Shown here in pieces: positions 33,570 to 47,983 of a stretch of 64,000 nucleotides of DNA; position 1 is the first letter of the stretch; each line of letters begins with the position of its first letter. This DNA is from Amoebidium appalachense (lineage: Eukaryota; Protista; Ichthyosporea), in contig CAVNZM010000011.1 of the NCBI GenBank assembly GCA_963693365.1, positions 5,537,921-5,601,920 on the forward strand, in the 5' to 3' direction. A program made the translations under genes and the position numbers. The notes under the pieces are model-generated. The model had not been told where the DNA came from, made no database searches, and saw nothing but the letters and a program-made list of their open reading frames with translations.

Positions 33570-35866
33570 TGGTGTGACATCCTGCCTCTCACCATCCCCT
33601 CTCCGGGCTCTCTCCCGTTCTATTCCCTGCACACATGGCAGAGAAAGGGAGGGGCCCGGATAGCAATCAGCTTGAAGTACAAAAGATGCCCATGCATATA
33701 GTGAAACGGAATCATATTGTGCGTGTGTGTGTGTGTGTGTGTGTGCGTGCGCGCGCATATGTGTGTGAGGGGTGGTGGGCTCATGTGTGTGTGTGTGTGT
33801 GTGCCATGTGAAAAGAATGTGTGTGGGCGACGCCGTGCATGCCGCGGTGTGTGTGTGTGTGTGTGTGTTTGAAAAGGGGAAGGGGGTTTGAGGGAGAGGG
33901 AGTGGGAGAGGCACGCTGTGTCTGAATTCAACAGAAAGCAAGACGTGTATACTCCGAAGGGATAACTTAAACAAAGCCACTGATGGAGCCGACATCACAT
34001 ACACAGACTGGCGGACCACTGCAACAATGAGCGGGTGCCTGAAGTGCAAGAAAACACACAAGGAGTGCACGTGTGAGGCTGCCAGCTCGTACTGTTTGTA
34101 CTGGATTGAGCCCTCGTACTTTTTTCTTATCGGGCACCACACAAGTGGGCGTCTAAGTTCACGAGCTTGCAGGCGAGGCATTTTCGCACTTGCGTATTGC
34201 TAGAATAACGCTTTAAGGTACCTTAACAGCGAGGCGAAGCCCACAAAAATATTCGTTGCGTTGAGAAAAGAGACAACGAAAACACTACTTGTAGACGTTA
34301 TGCCAGCAGACAAAGAACGTGTGTGGTGTATCGGCTGAAGGGGTGATACCATGTCGCCGATGATGACTCACTCACATTCCAAAGCAGCACATAAGATATA
34401 TGCACTGCACTTGATTTATTTAAGTAGCCCATCCGCCTCTAATGCAAAAGCAACAGAAAAGAAAAAAATGTAGAATGGTAAAATAGATTAATAATATAAA
34501 AAAATTAATCAAGTGCAAAGATTTATTGCATTACTTCATGCTCAAGCACATCTTATAGTGCACTTGCCGGTAAACTTTGGCACATCTTATCAGCTTTTGA
34601 TTAAGCTGGACAGAGCTTTCCAATTGGTCGACCGTTCACAGCCAGCGGCAAGAGCATCTTATTGGCCAGACGAGCACTTCTCAGCACATCATGGGAATCC
34701 CTCACTAAAATAATAATAAAAAAAGCGAAAAAAAAAGAATAAAAAGCCCCCATTACTATATATATTAATTATTTTAACATTTCAATGCCACGTTCTTTTA
34801 TTCTTACTGCTAGGCTAACAAATAAAGTGGTTTCGCTCATGATCCCTGGGAAACAATGGCATGTGTGCGTGAGATGACCATGTGCCCTGACTGAATCCAC
34901 TAAGCAATCCGGATACGCCCGTTCGCCCTTGTGATTGGGGGGGAAACTGGGGCTTCCGTAAACGGTTTCGTACCTCCGCAGCCAGAGCCGCTCGTGACAG
35001 GGCGGCGGCGATTGGGGGGAAACCCGGCTAAAGTCTGTTTACGAAAGTAACGTCTTTCCCCGATTTGGGGGAAACCTCAAAGTTAAATTTATATAATATA
35101 CCCGCTGAAGTGCGAGAACGACTATTTGGTGCTACGGGAAGATGTAGTTGGGCTGTCCCGGATGGATGCAACGGAAATCATGTCTTTCTACGAGAAAAAC
35201 ATTGTAGGGGAAGGTGGTTTGTGTCGTATCCTAATATATGTGTACTAGAGACGCGGCACTCTACTAAGTGTACACACACGAAAAGGAAAGAACGTGTACA
35301 GAAAAACGGTAAAGTTTATTAAGACCAGGCTCAGACGGGCAAACTTAGATCCGTACGGATTGAGTCTAAGTTACGACTGAGGCCATCAAGGCCGTGCCCT
35401 CAAAGATCATCATCACCTGGCCCCCTACGATGCCACATTCCATTAACATTCCGATCTACTTTTATCGTGCGCCTGCACGAGCTAAGTCGATCTACTCAAC
35501 TAATATATTTATCCAAGTCTCACCCCTCACCCTCCCCCTAGTGGCACCCCAGAGTCTAAATCTACATTTCATACTATCCTCCCCCCCCCCTCCCTCCCCC
35601 CCTTTCCTCTACATCTACATATATAAATACGTTTGGCAACATACACTATCTAACCTTGCCAATACTTACAAAAGGGCTTCTGCCCGAACAATCACATTCC
35701 TAAGTCCTCCTACGATCTATCCTACACACTAATTAGAATTCTATTGGACGGCTGTCCCGGCTGACGTGCCACAGTGGTCCAATGCCCTGCGCCGGCAGAG
35801 GCAAGATGCACGCAGCTGTACAGCTATCTTGAGGCCCCGGACTTGATCTTGATGATCTGTGGACCC

Positions 35867-35902
<36 letters not shown>

Positions 35903-36134
35903 ATCTCGATCGTAGACTTAGGCTGATCTGCTGAGACGGATTAGTATATGTCAACTCCCCCCCCGGCCCCCGGAAAAGCTGAGTCCCACCTCAGTCACAT
36001 TACATCTAACACCCCCTAAAAAGACATAGACTAATCAGTCTCCTAAAAAAATTAAATAAATAAATTACGAAGAAAAATAATAAATTAATCTACACCATAA
36101 GCTTGATACCTACGGAGACACCTATGATAATAAA

Positions 36135-38021
36135 TTAAATTCCTACGACTACGTTCACACTCCTCCTCGGTCTCCTCCCCCTCCCTCCCCCTCCCCCCGT
36201 GTGTCTATGTGTATTTGCATCACTCCCCCCCCCGGCCCCCTCCACCGACTTTTTCACACCACGATTAAACTGAGGAATAACTCTCTTTGGCCGAGAGGGA
36301 GCACTAGGCAACTCCCTCTGCACTAATCTAGCCTCATAAGCACGAATAGAAAACGGGCAATCCAAATGAAACTCAGGCAACCACTGATCTTCCTGATAAC
36401 CTCCCTCAAAACGAATTAAATAATAATTTACCTTACCTTCCTTACCTTCAATAACCTTTTTATCCATAATTTTATCTACTGCAGCCTCCGATACATCCAC
36501 CGACCCGTCATAGTCGGGGGTGAATGCATCTAACACTCGACGGCCCTCCGGCCGTTTTACCCTAAGGGCCCTATCATAATATTCCTTTATATCATCTATA
36601 TTATAAAATCTAACATCACTCTCATTATCTAACCTCTGCACCTTATATTCCGTCGGACCTAACCTAGCCACTATTTTATACGGGCCAATGAAAAGAGGCA
36701 ACCATTTCTTACCATACTTACGAAGACCTTCACCTTCACCCTTACCTTCCTGCTCCTGCTTATATCTCTTTTTCCTAGTATGATCCCTAATTAAAACTAA
36801 AGTACCCTCGGCAAATTCACGTAACGGACGTGTGGACACGTCTGCACGTGTCTGTGCCTGCTGTGTACGGGCCAGAGCTGCATCACGTGCAGCCCGGGCC
36901 CGGGTTAGTAGCTGCTCCCGGAACTCAGTCCAGTGGGGATAAGTTAGTCGGTCAGCCCCCCCCATCGGCAAAAGTGCCGTATCTAACAAACTAATAGCCT
37001 CCTGCCCATAAACCAAATAAAACGGAGAAAAACCAGTCACAGCATGAGGGGTAGAATTATATGAATGAGCAATAAACCTAGACATATGATCCCAATCATT
37101 AGCCTCCACATCCACCATTTTGCCAAAGGACTTCTGAAACACTGCATGCACACGTTCAGAGATGGCATTTGCTTGAGGGTGATATGCAGACGTAGCGATA
37201 TGAGCTACCCTTAAAATTTTACACACCTCCGACACCAACTGATTTAAAAACACACGACTCCTATCCGTTAACAAAACACGAGGACAACCAAACCTAAGAC
37301 AAATTTCATCCACAAAAATACGAGCAAACAAAACGGCATTAGCAGTGGGGAGAGGAAAAACTTCAACCCAACGAGTGGCCACATCGGTGACGGTAACAAG
37401 AACAGTGTTACCCTCAACCGTAGAATTAAAAGGACCGACCACATCCACTGCTACCCTTTCAAACATACGAACATTAAAATCCCTAATAAACGACGGGCGG
37501 GAACGAGAGTGGGGACTCTCATTCCGTTCCTGACAATGCATGCATGACAACACATAATCCCTCACCTCCCTACTCATACCCGGCCAAAAATACGAACGAT
37601 TAACACGAAGCAACGTCCTATTTACACCTAAATGACCAGCCATGGGATGCTCATGCACCATATGCAAAACCTCAGGCACAAGTGCCGTCGGGACCCAAAC
37701 TCGGTGTCCGTCTGGCCCAGAACAATGATAAACTAAATCCTGCTCTACCTGACACATTTTTGCTAACTTAGCTACCTTAAGCATCTGCCTTTTATTTTTA
37801 AATTTAATCGAATCAACCGGCCCCTTTAAATAATTCTTAACCAGACCAATCAACACATCTTCCTCTTGAGCTAAGATCAAAGCCGTAGGTGCTAAGGCAG
37901 GGGCCGAGCCATGAGACTCGGTCCCGACCTCAGACACTGACAAATACCTCCCCCCCCCCTCTCCTACACTTATAAGCAAGCAACCCCGGAGCCCAAGAAG
38001 ACACATCAACAGACACAGCAT
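36135..38021 (-). CDS. Gypsy integrase with C-terminal chromodomain
   Basis: HEHPMAGHLG...CMHCQ; VAVDVVGP; TDRSRVF; YHPQANAISER; FIGPYKI; VDKIMDKK...YYLIRFEGGYQEDQWLPEFHL. Confidence 0.92.
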   Translation of the reverse strand: MLCLLMCLLGLRGCLLISVGEGGGRYLSVSEVGTESHGSAPALAPTALILAQEEDVLIGLVKNYLKGPVDSIKFKNKRQMLKVAKLAKMCQVEQDLVYHCSGPDGHRVWVPTALVPEVLHMVHEHPMAGHLGVNRTLLRVNRSYFWPGMSREVRDYVLSCMHCQERNESPHSRSRPSFIRDFNVRMFERVAVDVVGPFNSTVEGNTVLVTVTDVATRWVEVFPLPTANAVLFARIFVDEICLRFGCPRVLLTDRSRVFLNQLVSEVCKILRVAHIATSAYHPQANAISERVHAVFQKSFGKMVDVEANDWDHMSRFIAHSYNSTPHAVTGFSPFYLVYGQEAISLLDTALLPMGGADRLTYPHWTEFREQLLTRARAARDAALARTQQAQTRADVSTRPLREFAEGTLVLIRDHTRKKRYKQEQEGKGEGEGLRKYGKKWLPLFIGPYKIVARLGPTEYKVQRLDNESDVRFYNIDDIKEYYDRALRVKRPEGRRVLDAFTPDYDGSVDVSEAAVDKIMDKKVIEGKEGKVNYYLIRFEGGYQEDQWLPEFHLDCPFSIRAYEARLVQRELPSAPSRPKRVIPQFNRGVKKSVEGAGGGSDANTHRHTGGGGGRGRRPRRSVNVVVGI

Positions 38022-38077
38022 CTATTCCTTTCTTCTCACTCTCCCCCCCTTCCCCCCCCTCCCCCCCCCGTCTCTCA

Positions 38078-40851
38078 CTAGCCCCCCCCCTCCCCCTCCT
38101 TCTCTTCTTCAAACAAAATATAAGCAGCACGAGAGAGAGCATCACAGTCAACCATTGTTTCACCCTTGGCATAAAACAATTTATAGGAGAACTCACCGAG
38201 AGCCGCGGCCCACTTCTGCATCCTCTCGTTGACCAGACGAGTGGTGCCGGCCATGGCTAGGCAGGGCTTGTGGTCGGTGTAGACCTCAAACGTCCTGCCT
38301 GCGAGTATATACCTCCATGCCTGTGAGACTGCCCAAAAGATAGCATGGGACTCTCTCTCCGGATTGCTATATCTACGTTCACTTTTGCTAAATGAACGAC
38401 TACTAGTAGCATAAGCAATCACTCTATCCTGCCCCTCCTGCACTTGATATAACACGGCCCCCTCAGCAACCTTACTTGCATCACACCGAACTTTAAACAT
38501 CCCCCCCCCCGGCCGAAAAATCAGGATGAACAAGCATACTCGAAGACTGCAAAGCTAACTTAAGCTTTTCGAAAGCAGAAACAGCATCAACATTCCAATC
38601 TATTCTATTCTTCTTCTCCCCCCCCCGTCTGACTAGTTAACGGCAAAGCAAGCATACTATAATCCTTAATATAACGACGAAGATAATTAGTTAAACCTAA
38701 AAATTGCCTTAGTTGAGTGACAGTCTGAGGACGGGGCCACTCAACTATGGCCCGGATTTTCTCCGGATCAGGGGCAAGACCATTACTAGACACAATATGA
38801 CCTAAAAACTTAACCTCCGGCACACCAATCACAGTCTTGCTACCGCTAATACGAAGACCAGACTCACCCAAAGCTAAAAATACTTTTTCACAATTATTAA
38901 CTAACTCCTCAAATGACCTACCTTTAATTAAAACATCATCCAAATAAGGGTGGCATACATCCAAATGAGGGTGGAGAATTTTATACATTACCCGGCACAA
39001 CTTGAACATAGCTGGAGAGGAGAGCAAACCCATCGGCACCACCTTGTACTGGAACAGCTGGTCACCCAGTGCAAAGGCAGTCTTCTCCTTGCTGCTCTCC
39101 TCCAACCTTATCTCAGGCCAAAAAGCTGCTTTTAAATCAAGTTTAGCAAAGTGAGTATAGCCGTGCAGCTGTGAAAGCTGCTCGTCTATGTTAGGGACGG
39201 AGAGGCCATTGGTTTGCCTTAGTGATCCGATTCAGAGCCCTGTAATCGTTCACTAGACGCCAAGACCCGTCGGGCTTCTTAACCAATAGCACCGGACTTC
39301 TCCACGGACTCGAACTATGCTCCACATGACCCTTTTTTAACATATCACTCACTATTATTAGCGCATCCGACAATTTATACTGCTCCATTCTATAGCTAGG
39401 CATCACTACCGGCCTATTATCACCTGTGTCGATCTGCATTTCAAACCCTTTAACGAAGCCTATTTCGTTATCATCGGCCAGAAATGCAAACCGAGTCCTA
39501 TCAAATAACTTAGCTAGCAATTTTTTCTGTTCTACCGTCCAATCCCCCTCCTTCATACCAAACGGCAATACTAACTCCGGGTTACCCCCATCACAAGTGG
39601 ATGCATCCTTATTCACCGGAGTGCCACTTAACATTTCACCTCCTGTATTACTAAACATCGGTGCTGCTCGGGGTGAGGTGGAGGTACCTCCGGATATACA
39701 TCAGTAGGTGGTCACCCTTAGCACCCCCCCCTCCCCCCGGCACACCCATGCCCCCGCCGGGCAATTCCTGATGAGTTAGTGCATGTATGTGGGGGGCCAG
39801 GTCTGTGGCCACCCTGCCCCCCACGGTGTTGGTTAACCCGTCAGATCCACGGGTTAGACCAACACCCTCCCCCCCTGCCTGCACATTCTCACACCCGGGG
39901 TGACCCTCCTTCCTCTTGGGGGTCGGGGGAGTGGGACCGGTGCTGTCCCGGTCCCCCCCCCCCATCGTGTCGGGTGACATTTTGGTGGCTAACGTTAAAT
40001 AAAGTTGTTCCCCCTCCTCCTGAGTCACCCTTCGAGCCGGCATCCGCCTTTTGGGTAATAAGAGAGACCTCTATACTACCAATCTCATTAGTGAAACTAC
40101 CGACGGAAACACCTGACCTAATCACTATAGGCTCGATGCCCGGATTCACTAATTCTATTTCTATTGTCTTATCCGGCCATACCCTACTAAGGGTCCATTG
40201 GGCCACCTCCTGAAATGGGGTTTTCGGAGTAAAAACCCCTAAATCCCCTATCCTAACATGATTGCCGGCCCGGACACGTACCGTTTGGCACTGATAAGGC
40301 TCGATTACTACTTCAGCTACCGTTCTAGCACCAGACTGATAACCGTCGAGCCCATCATGGGTTTTAATTTTAACGCCGGACTGCAATTCTAAAACATTCG
40401 TACGTTCAAACAAAGCATTCACATGTCTACGGAAAAATGGGGCTCCCAACAAAACACTTTGAGCTAAATCCTTAACCACATAACAAGCAACATGCATAGC
40501 CTGGCCACCTATCTCACACGGCAACACACAAACACCTTCCACAGACATACTACTATTATTAGCACTACCTAAGGCTGTGCTAGAAGCATCTAAAATAGGA
40601 ATTTCCCCCCCGGCCTGATTAAAACGACGAATAAACGAAGCATGCACACAATTAACCTGAGCCCCTCCATCGAGCAAAGCAACAGCCTTCAACTTACCAT
40701 CAGCTAACCATACGTCTATATAATGCCGGCTAAAACCAACTAAATCCTCCTCCAATTCAAGCAACACATCATCACTCACACCCAATCCCTGCCCACGAAG
40801 ACTCACACCCTCGATACCTACGTGCAACATACATACCTGTGGTGCCTGCAC
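38078..40851 (-). pseudogene. Gypsy protease, RT and RNase H (several frameshifts)
   Basis: ALLDGGAQVN; SPWRSPVLLVKKPDGSWRLVNDYRALN; KTAF; PMGL; YLDD; FLGH; CDAS; YTDHKP; DALSR, spread over ORFs 39889-40851, 39191-39658, 38605-39105 and 38078-38533. Confidence 0.92.
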
Positions 40852-41413
40852 GGGTGGGGTGGGGTGTGTATGTAGTGTGGGTGGTGGTGGAGTGTGTGTG
40901 TGTGATGTGTGGGTGGGTGGTGTGTGTGTGTTTGGTGTATGTGTGGGTGTGTGTGTGGGTGTAGGTGTGTCTGCAACCGTCGTATGTCGTTGTGGTGGTG
41001 TGTTTCTACGTGTCTGTGCCTTCCCCCCCTTCCCCCTTTACTCGTGTGTGTCCCCCCCCCTCCCGGAAACAATGGCACAGAAACCCCCTCCGGTGTGGTT
41101 AGAACAAACACCGGGTTGGGACAAGAAACACTGAGACCATCCACTTGTGGCTGGGGAACCTCCCCCAACCACAAAACATTCACACCATTCATACCTTTGG
41201 TAGAGTCACCCCACAAACATTCATGCCATACCACCTCGACGCTGTCTTGAGGACCCACGACGATGCCCGGCTCCCACACGTATCGGGGCGGTGAGGGGGC
41301 AAAGGGAAGCTTAACCTGGGGTGGGGGAGGGTGAAGGTTCTCTGCAACCTGGGGGGGACCGATACTGTCCCCCCCCCTCCCTCAGTGACCCCAGCTTCCC
41401 CCTCCCCCGGAAC

Positions 41414-42755
41414 TCAATAGCTCTTGTAACTACGGCAATATGCAGCAGAGTGCCCTTGCCGGCCACAAAAGTAACATGCACCAAAGAAGGGGCCAGGGGG
41501 GACTTCAAAACCTTGGCGCAAAGCATAACCGGGAGCCCGGTCATGCTGGGGGGGCCCACCGTGACCGTGTGCACCACGGCCCCCCCTTCCCCCCCTGCCC
41601 CCCTCGGCCTCTCTCACCACCATTTCCACCCCTCCCTCTACCCTGCCCACCACCACGAGCAAGATAAGGGGCAAACCTCTCGGTGAACTGCTGCTGTTGT
41701 CCTCCACGTCCACCTCGGCCACGACCGCCGTGTCCACCCCGGTCGCCGCCACGGCCACCCCGGAAGCCGAAGCCCCCTCGGCCAGAGAAGACGGCCTGGG
41801 AGAGCTCGGCAACCTGCTTGACCAACATGGTGAGTGCATCTGGCTGTTCACCCTCTTTTTTCTCTTTTTCCCCCTTCTGTCCACTCTCCTTCTTTTTCTT
41901 GTCTACTTCCATCACCTCCTTTTTATCCCTCTTATTGAACTTCACCTCGTGCATGGCAAGCAAGTGACGTTTAACATGCAACACCACCTCATCTACATCA
42001 TCATGCTCCCCAAACATGCGTGCAGTGTCTGTGTTTACAGAGAGAGCCTTACGAGCAAACTCGAATTTTTCCCTATCACTCACGTCACCAGCTAACTCAC
42101 AAAGGTCCTCAAAGACCCGATATTCCCTCTCAAAGAATGCACGAGCTTCTACGGGGGACATATCTAAAGTGGGAAAGGTATACTTCCATTCTCTGAGCTG
42201 GGCCCGGAAGGTACGGCGCCGGTCGGCCGTCAGGTATCGGCCGACGAGCCGGGCCGTATACTCGAGCTCGTTTTCCGGCCGTGTGAAGGCCTCGAGCTCC
42301 CCGTCCACGTCGTCGGTGCTGTTCTCGTCCTCGTCGTCGGGGATGAACCGTGCGGCCAGACGTTTCTGGCCGAGTGTCCGGGACACCATCTCGTCCCTCC
42401 CCTCGTCGTACTGCTGCTCGTATATACGAGCCGTCACCTGGGGGGCCTGCTCGGCCCGGTACGGGTGCTCCTCCATCAGGGTGCATAAGTCGGCCATTGT
42501 TTTGTGGTCGATGCACTGTTTGATCATTAAGAACGAGGCCGCCACAGTGGGGGCCTTCTTTGTGTCTAACACTAGTGTGGGTGTGTTAGCTAGGAGTGTC
42601 CTAAGCCACCTAGGTATTTCCGAGTCGTGTTTGAGTGTAAAACTGAAAGCTGTGGTCTGTCTAACGTCTAGTGTATGAACCTGTGGTACCTGTGTGTGCA
42701 GGGAGCTATCCTCCGCTGCCAATGCGTAGAACATGTCTACGTTAAACTTAGCCAT
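41414..42755 (-). pseudogene. Gypsy family A gag, copy 1 (frameshift near the 3' end)
   Basis: 404-aa ORF with an RGG-rich region; zinc knuckle CYFCGRQGHSAAYC in the adjacent frame. Confidence 0.85.
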
Positions 42756-42785
42756 TGTGTGGTGTTCGGGTGGTTGTGTTTATTT

Positions 42786-42819
<34 letters not shown>

Positions 42820-44052
42820 CTGTGTTTGAGGTGTAGCAACAGCCCAGAAGGAACTGTCACCGCGTTACCCTAGCGCGAAAAACCGCACTAAAAGAAAGGT
42901 GTAGCTTGTCGTATCCTAATATATGTGTACTAGAGACGCGGCACTCTACTAAGTGTACACACACGAAAAGGAACGAACGTGTACAGAAAAACGGTAAAGT
43001 TTATTAAGACCAGGCTCCGACGGGCAAACTTAGATCCGTACGGATTGAGTCTAAGGTAGTACGACTGAGGCCATCAAGGCCGTGCCCTCAAAGATCATCA
43101 TCACCTGGCCCCCTACGATACCACATTCCATTAACATTCCGATCTACTTTTATCGTGCGCCTGCACGAGCTAAGTCGATCTACTCAACTAATATATTTAT
43201 CCAAGTCTCACCCCTCACCCTCCCCCTAGTGGCACCGCAGAGTCTAAATCTACATTTCATACTATCCTCCCCCCCCCCTCCCTCCCCCCCTTTCCTCTAC
43301 ATCTACATATGTAAATACGTTTGGCAACATACACTATCTAACCTTGCCAATACTTACAAAAGGGCTTCTGCCCGAACAATCACATTCCTAAGTCCTCCTA
43401 CGATCTATCCTACACACTAATTAGAATTCTATTGGACGGCTGTCCCGGCTGACGTGGTCCAATGCCCTGCGCCGGCAGAGGCAAGATGCACGCAGCTGTA
43501 CAGCTATCTTGAGGCCCCGGACTTGATCTTGATGATCTGTGGACCCGGGCCACCCCCCCCCCCCCCCCCCCCCCCCCCCCGATCTCGATCGTAGACTTAG
43601 GCTGATCTGCTGAGACGGATTAGTATATGTCAGTTTGTATGTTGAGCATGCTGAAATAGACATAACTCAAATAACAGACGCACGCCTCTACGACCCAACA
43701 ATCATTGCGGACCACACGGTAATTGGACAGGAACACTATGGGAAAAGAATGCCAGGAATCAACGAAGCTTTCTTGTATGCAATGCTTAACGCATCGGATA
43801 AAACACCCACGGGAAAAATTCTCTTGTCGGTTTTTGCGGCCCACATAGAAGACGGAGCGCTGTCATCTTCCAGCATTCTTTTGGATGGTCTCAAAGTGTG
43901 GTTCGTACATGCTCCTTGGCAATACCCTCATATCATGGAACTTGTGAAAAACGAGTTCCCTGATTTAGATTGTACCAACCCCATCCAGCACAAGTGCTTT
44001 CTGACATATACTAATCCGTCTCAGCAGATTAGCCTAAGTCTACGATCGAGAT

Positions 44053-44093
<41 letters not shown>

Positions 44094-46059
44094 GGCCCGG
44101 GTCCACAGATCATCAAGATCAAGTCCGGGGCCTCAAGATAGCTGTACAGCTGCGTGCATCTTGCCTCTGCCGGCGCAGGGCATTGGACCACGTCAGCCGG
44201 GACAGCCGTCCAATAGAATTCTAATTAGTGTGTAGGATAGATCGTAGGAGGACTTAGGAATGTGATTGTTCGGGCAGAAGCCCTTTTGTAAGTATTGGCA
44301 AGGTTAGATAGTGTATGTTGCCAAACGTATTTATATATGTAGATGTAGAGGAAAGGGGGGGAGGGAGGGGGGGGGGAGGATAGTATGAAATGTAGATTTA
44401 GACTCTGCGGTGCCACGAGGGGGAGGGTGAGGGGTGAGACATGGATAAATATATTAGTTGAGTAGATCGACTTAGCTCGTGCAGGCGCACGATAAAAGTA
44501 GATCGGAATGTTTGGAATGTGGCATCGTAGAGGGCCAGGTGATGATGATCTTTGAGGGCACGGCCTTGATGGCCTCAGTCGTAACTTAGACTCATTCCGT
44601 ACGGATCTAAGTTTGCCCGTCGGAGCCTGGTCTGAATAAACTTTATCGTTTCATCAGCAAACTTCCCGGCGGTATTGCCAATATTGTGAGGCTATTATCT
44701 ATTGCCAATATCGTAAAAATACCAGATTAATACTGAAGTAATATCAATTATCCATTGCCAATGTATTGCGAGTAGAGATTTTCTGTGGTAGAGACGCTAT
44801 AGAAGTGTAATAGAACTGTAATATTGACGTAATATCAGCAACATGTTTTGATATTATTGTCATACCATGCCGGGTCTACCACCAATAACTATATACCGTA
44901 TGAGTAATGTACTGGCAATATCTCAAAACGCGTGTACGTGTGCCTATTAACAATACAATTTCGATATTGTCAATGTATTTATTCGGTATTATACTATTGC
45001 TTGCGGAGTATTGTCAATAAGTTATGAATATATAAAATGTAGGATAATTTTGTGTCAAATTATGGTATTGTCCAACGTGGCAAGACTATTGCCAATATAT
45101 TATGAATGTATTATTCCTGACCATTTTGGGTTATTGGCAATATACCCAACACATATGTCCCATATGGCCGATACAAACATAACGTCGCTATTGGTTATAG
45201 GGTTGTGATATGCTTATAATAGGGTCTCAATACGGTCCAAATGTATTGCCAATGTATCCGTCACAATATCAAGACTATTATGCACCTATTATCAATAGGT
45301 AAAAGCAACCGAAAATATGGGGCGTGTATTTTATTGCCAATATATTGGTACAATATTGGGGATGAAAGAACAGGTCACTTTACCTATGTAGTTGCAATAT
45401 TGTGAATGTATTGCCAACACATGTTCAACAAACATGTTCGGAGTGTAGTCCTTGTATGCGCAGTACATTGCTAATACCGTGGTATTAGGGTGGACATATA
45501 CTGACATTATGTAGATCATATCCTACCCATATCACATCCATATTAGTAGGACATAAACATGATATAGCAAGAAAACTTTTATCCTATTGCGAATATCTAA
45601 GGCACAAGTGGTATTGGCAATGTCACGAATACATCTATAATACTGTCACCAATACGGACACAGCTAAGGACACCATATATTGGTTATAGTCTCAGTATAT
45701 ACTGCCAGTATGTTCGAATGCGAACAAATCATTACGTAGGAGGTACTATCAATATACTACCAGTACCTGTACGATATACACACGTCAAATACAATACATT
45801 TGCAGTATAATATGGGTGCATTTCCGTACCAAGATTGAGAAGGGCAACGGCCATAACAAGTGGTCCTCACGTTTTTAGCACCTCAAAATATAAAAGTTCT
45901 TTGTTTTGAATACTGTTCCTGGGGAAGATGTTCCCGTGGTCCGTGGTACAAACGTCACCGAACGTCCTACCATTAAACCTTTCACCAGCCTACATCCTGT
46001 GTAAGCGGTAGGGTATAAAACTTGAAGTAGCATAAAGGATAATACAGGAAAGTAATGAC

Positions 46060-46093
<34 letters not shown>

Positions 46094-46392
46094 CCCCCCC
46101 CCCCCCCCCCCCCAACCCAACCCAACCCTAAAAAAAATATAAAAAAAACCTGGAGGAATAGAGTAAAAATTCTGAAATGCAAATCTAAGAGAACTCGCAG
46201 TCCCTACACACGTCCCCGAGACGCATCAAAGTTTACAGCATCCCCCCCTCCTCCCCCTCCATTTTGTTTTAGTCCTATGTCTTTATGCCCCCTTGTTACT
46301 TGCAATACTTTTCTTTCTTCGAAACATCCCTCACTCCCCTCACCCCCTTCCCCCCCAAACCCATCACCACGGACGCTGCCAGTGTAACCACT

Positions 46393-46499
<107 letters not shown>

Positions 46500-46814
46500 C
46501 CACCCACCCATGCATACACGCACACACACAAACTTCCCCTTCTTCCTCTCAACTCTCTACCCTCTTTTACGTTTCACTGTGTGTTTCCTCTCTCGTTCTA
46601 GCACCAGTTTTGCTAACCGTTACAAACTTCACCTACTCTTGTTCAAGCCTCGACTGGTTGCTGAAATCACCTCCTTTCCTTGTCCTTTTATGACCCCCCC
46701 CCACCCCCCTCCTCTCCCCTCCCCCCCTCCCCTCCCCCCCCCCCCTCCCTTCCCGACTGAAGCCTTAGTCTGTACTGAATAATCTCTGTCTTGTGACCCA
46801 CCCTCTCGTCCTTC

Positions 46815-46847
<33 letters not shown>

Positions 46848-47260
46848 TTCTTCCTGCCCGGTTCCCCCCATACCTGTTCGCCTCGATTACTTGCAGTATT
46901 TCTTCTTATCCCTCCCCGATAACTATTAATTTTTTTTCCCTCTTCTCCCATTGATCCTGTTTTGGTCCTGTGTCCCTCTATTCCAATGTCCTTTGCGATG
47001 CTTTGCTTCTTTGGCTGCCACCCTCGAATGCACACATCATCACCCCCCCCCCCCCCCCCTCCCCCCCCCCCCCCCCCCCCCCCCCTTCCCTCTCGTTCCA
47101 GCGCCGGTTTTACCCATTATGGACTTAACCTGCTTTTGCTCAAGCCTCCACATGTCTGAAATTCTACCCCTTTCTCTCGTACTCTTTACCACCCCCCCCC
47201 CCCCCCCCCTCTTGTCCTCCTACTACCCCTCTCCCCCCAAAAAAACACACACGCACACAG

Positions 47261-47294
<34 letters not shown>

Positions 47295-47435
47295 AACACA
47301 CACAGCATTCGACACCGTCCAATCTTGTTCTCACCAAGGCATCCACATGCTCGCACACAATGCAAAAACATGCACTCCAAAAACATGCACTCACACACAC
47401 GCACGCACATGCACACCGGGACACACACACACACC

Positions 47436-47505
<70 letters not shown>

Positions 47506-47733
47506 ACACACACACGACGTACACAGACATGCTCACACACACAAACACACATTACACACACACACACATACAGAGAGACACACACACATATGCACACACA
47601 CGGTGCATTTCCTCCCCTCCCCTTCCCTCTCCACAGAGCACACACACACACACACGTGCACACATGCACACACACGGTGCATCCCCCCCCCCCCCCTTCC
47701 CTCTCAACTGAGCACATACACACACACATACAT

Positions 47734-47782
<49 letters not shown>

Positions 47783-47925
47783 TGCACACATGCACGGACA
47801 CGAATCCCCCCCTTGCCCTTCCCTCTCCACCGAGCACATGCACACATGCACAGACATGCACATACACACACACACACACACCACACACGACGCACACAGA
47901 CATGCACACACAGACAAACACACAA

Positions 47926-47983
<58 letters not shown>

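Larger units (their letters stand above)
35222..43632 (-). mobile_element. Full-length Ty3/Gypsy chromodomain LTR retrotransposon (family A, copy 1)
   Basis: LTRs 35222-35953 and 42907-43632 (TGACA...CGACA on the minus strand); TSD GTTTG; PPT GGGGGGGAGT; gag-PR-RT-RH-INT-chromo order. Confidence 0.97.
35162..44001 (+). pseudogene. KDM4/KDM5-like JmjC-domain gene fragment split by Gypsy insertions (35162-35221 + 43638-44001)
   Basis: Removing the Gypsy and one GTTTG copy gives a continuous frame: MDATEIMSFYEKNIVGEGGLYVEH...MPGINEAFLYAM...FAAHIEDGALSSSSILLDGLKVWFVHAP...FPDLDCTNPIQHKCF. This matches the JmjC consensus PGVNTPYLY / FAWHxED / KxW / C..xxRHK. Confidence 0.8.

Noticed and set aside
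38020-41600. Multiple pol frameshifts in Gypsy A as programmed events
   Set aside because: Many fall in or beside long G/C runs, so sequencing error or slippage is more likely.
42016-42678. 220-aa ORF antisense to gag (also 54660-55322) and antisense ORFs over pPolB
   Set aside because: Shadow ORFs of GC-rich coding sequence on the opposite strand.
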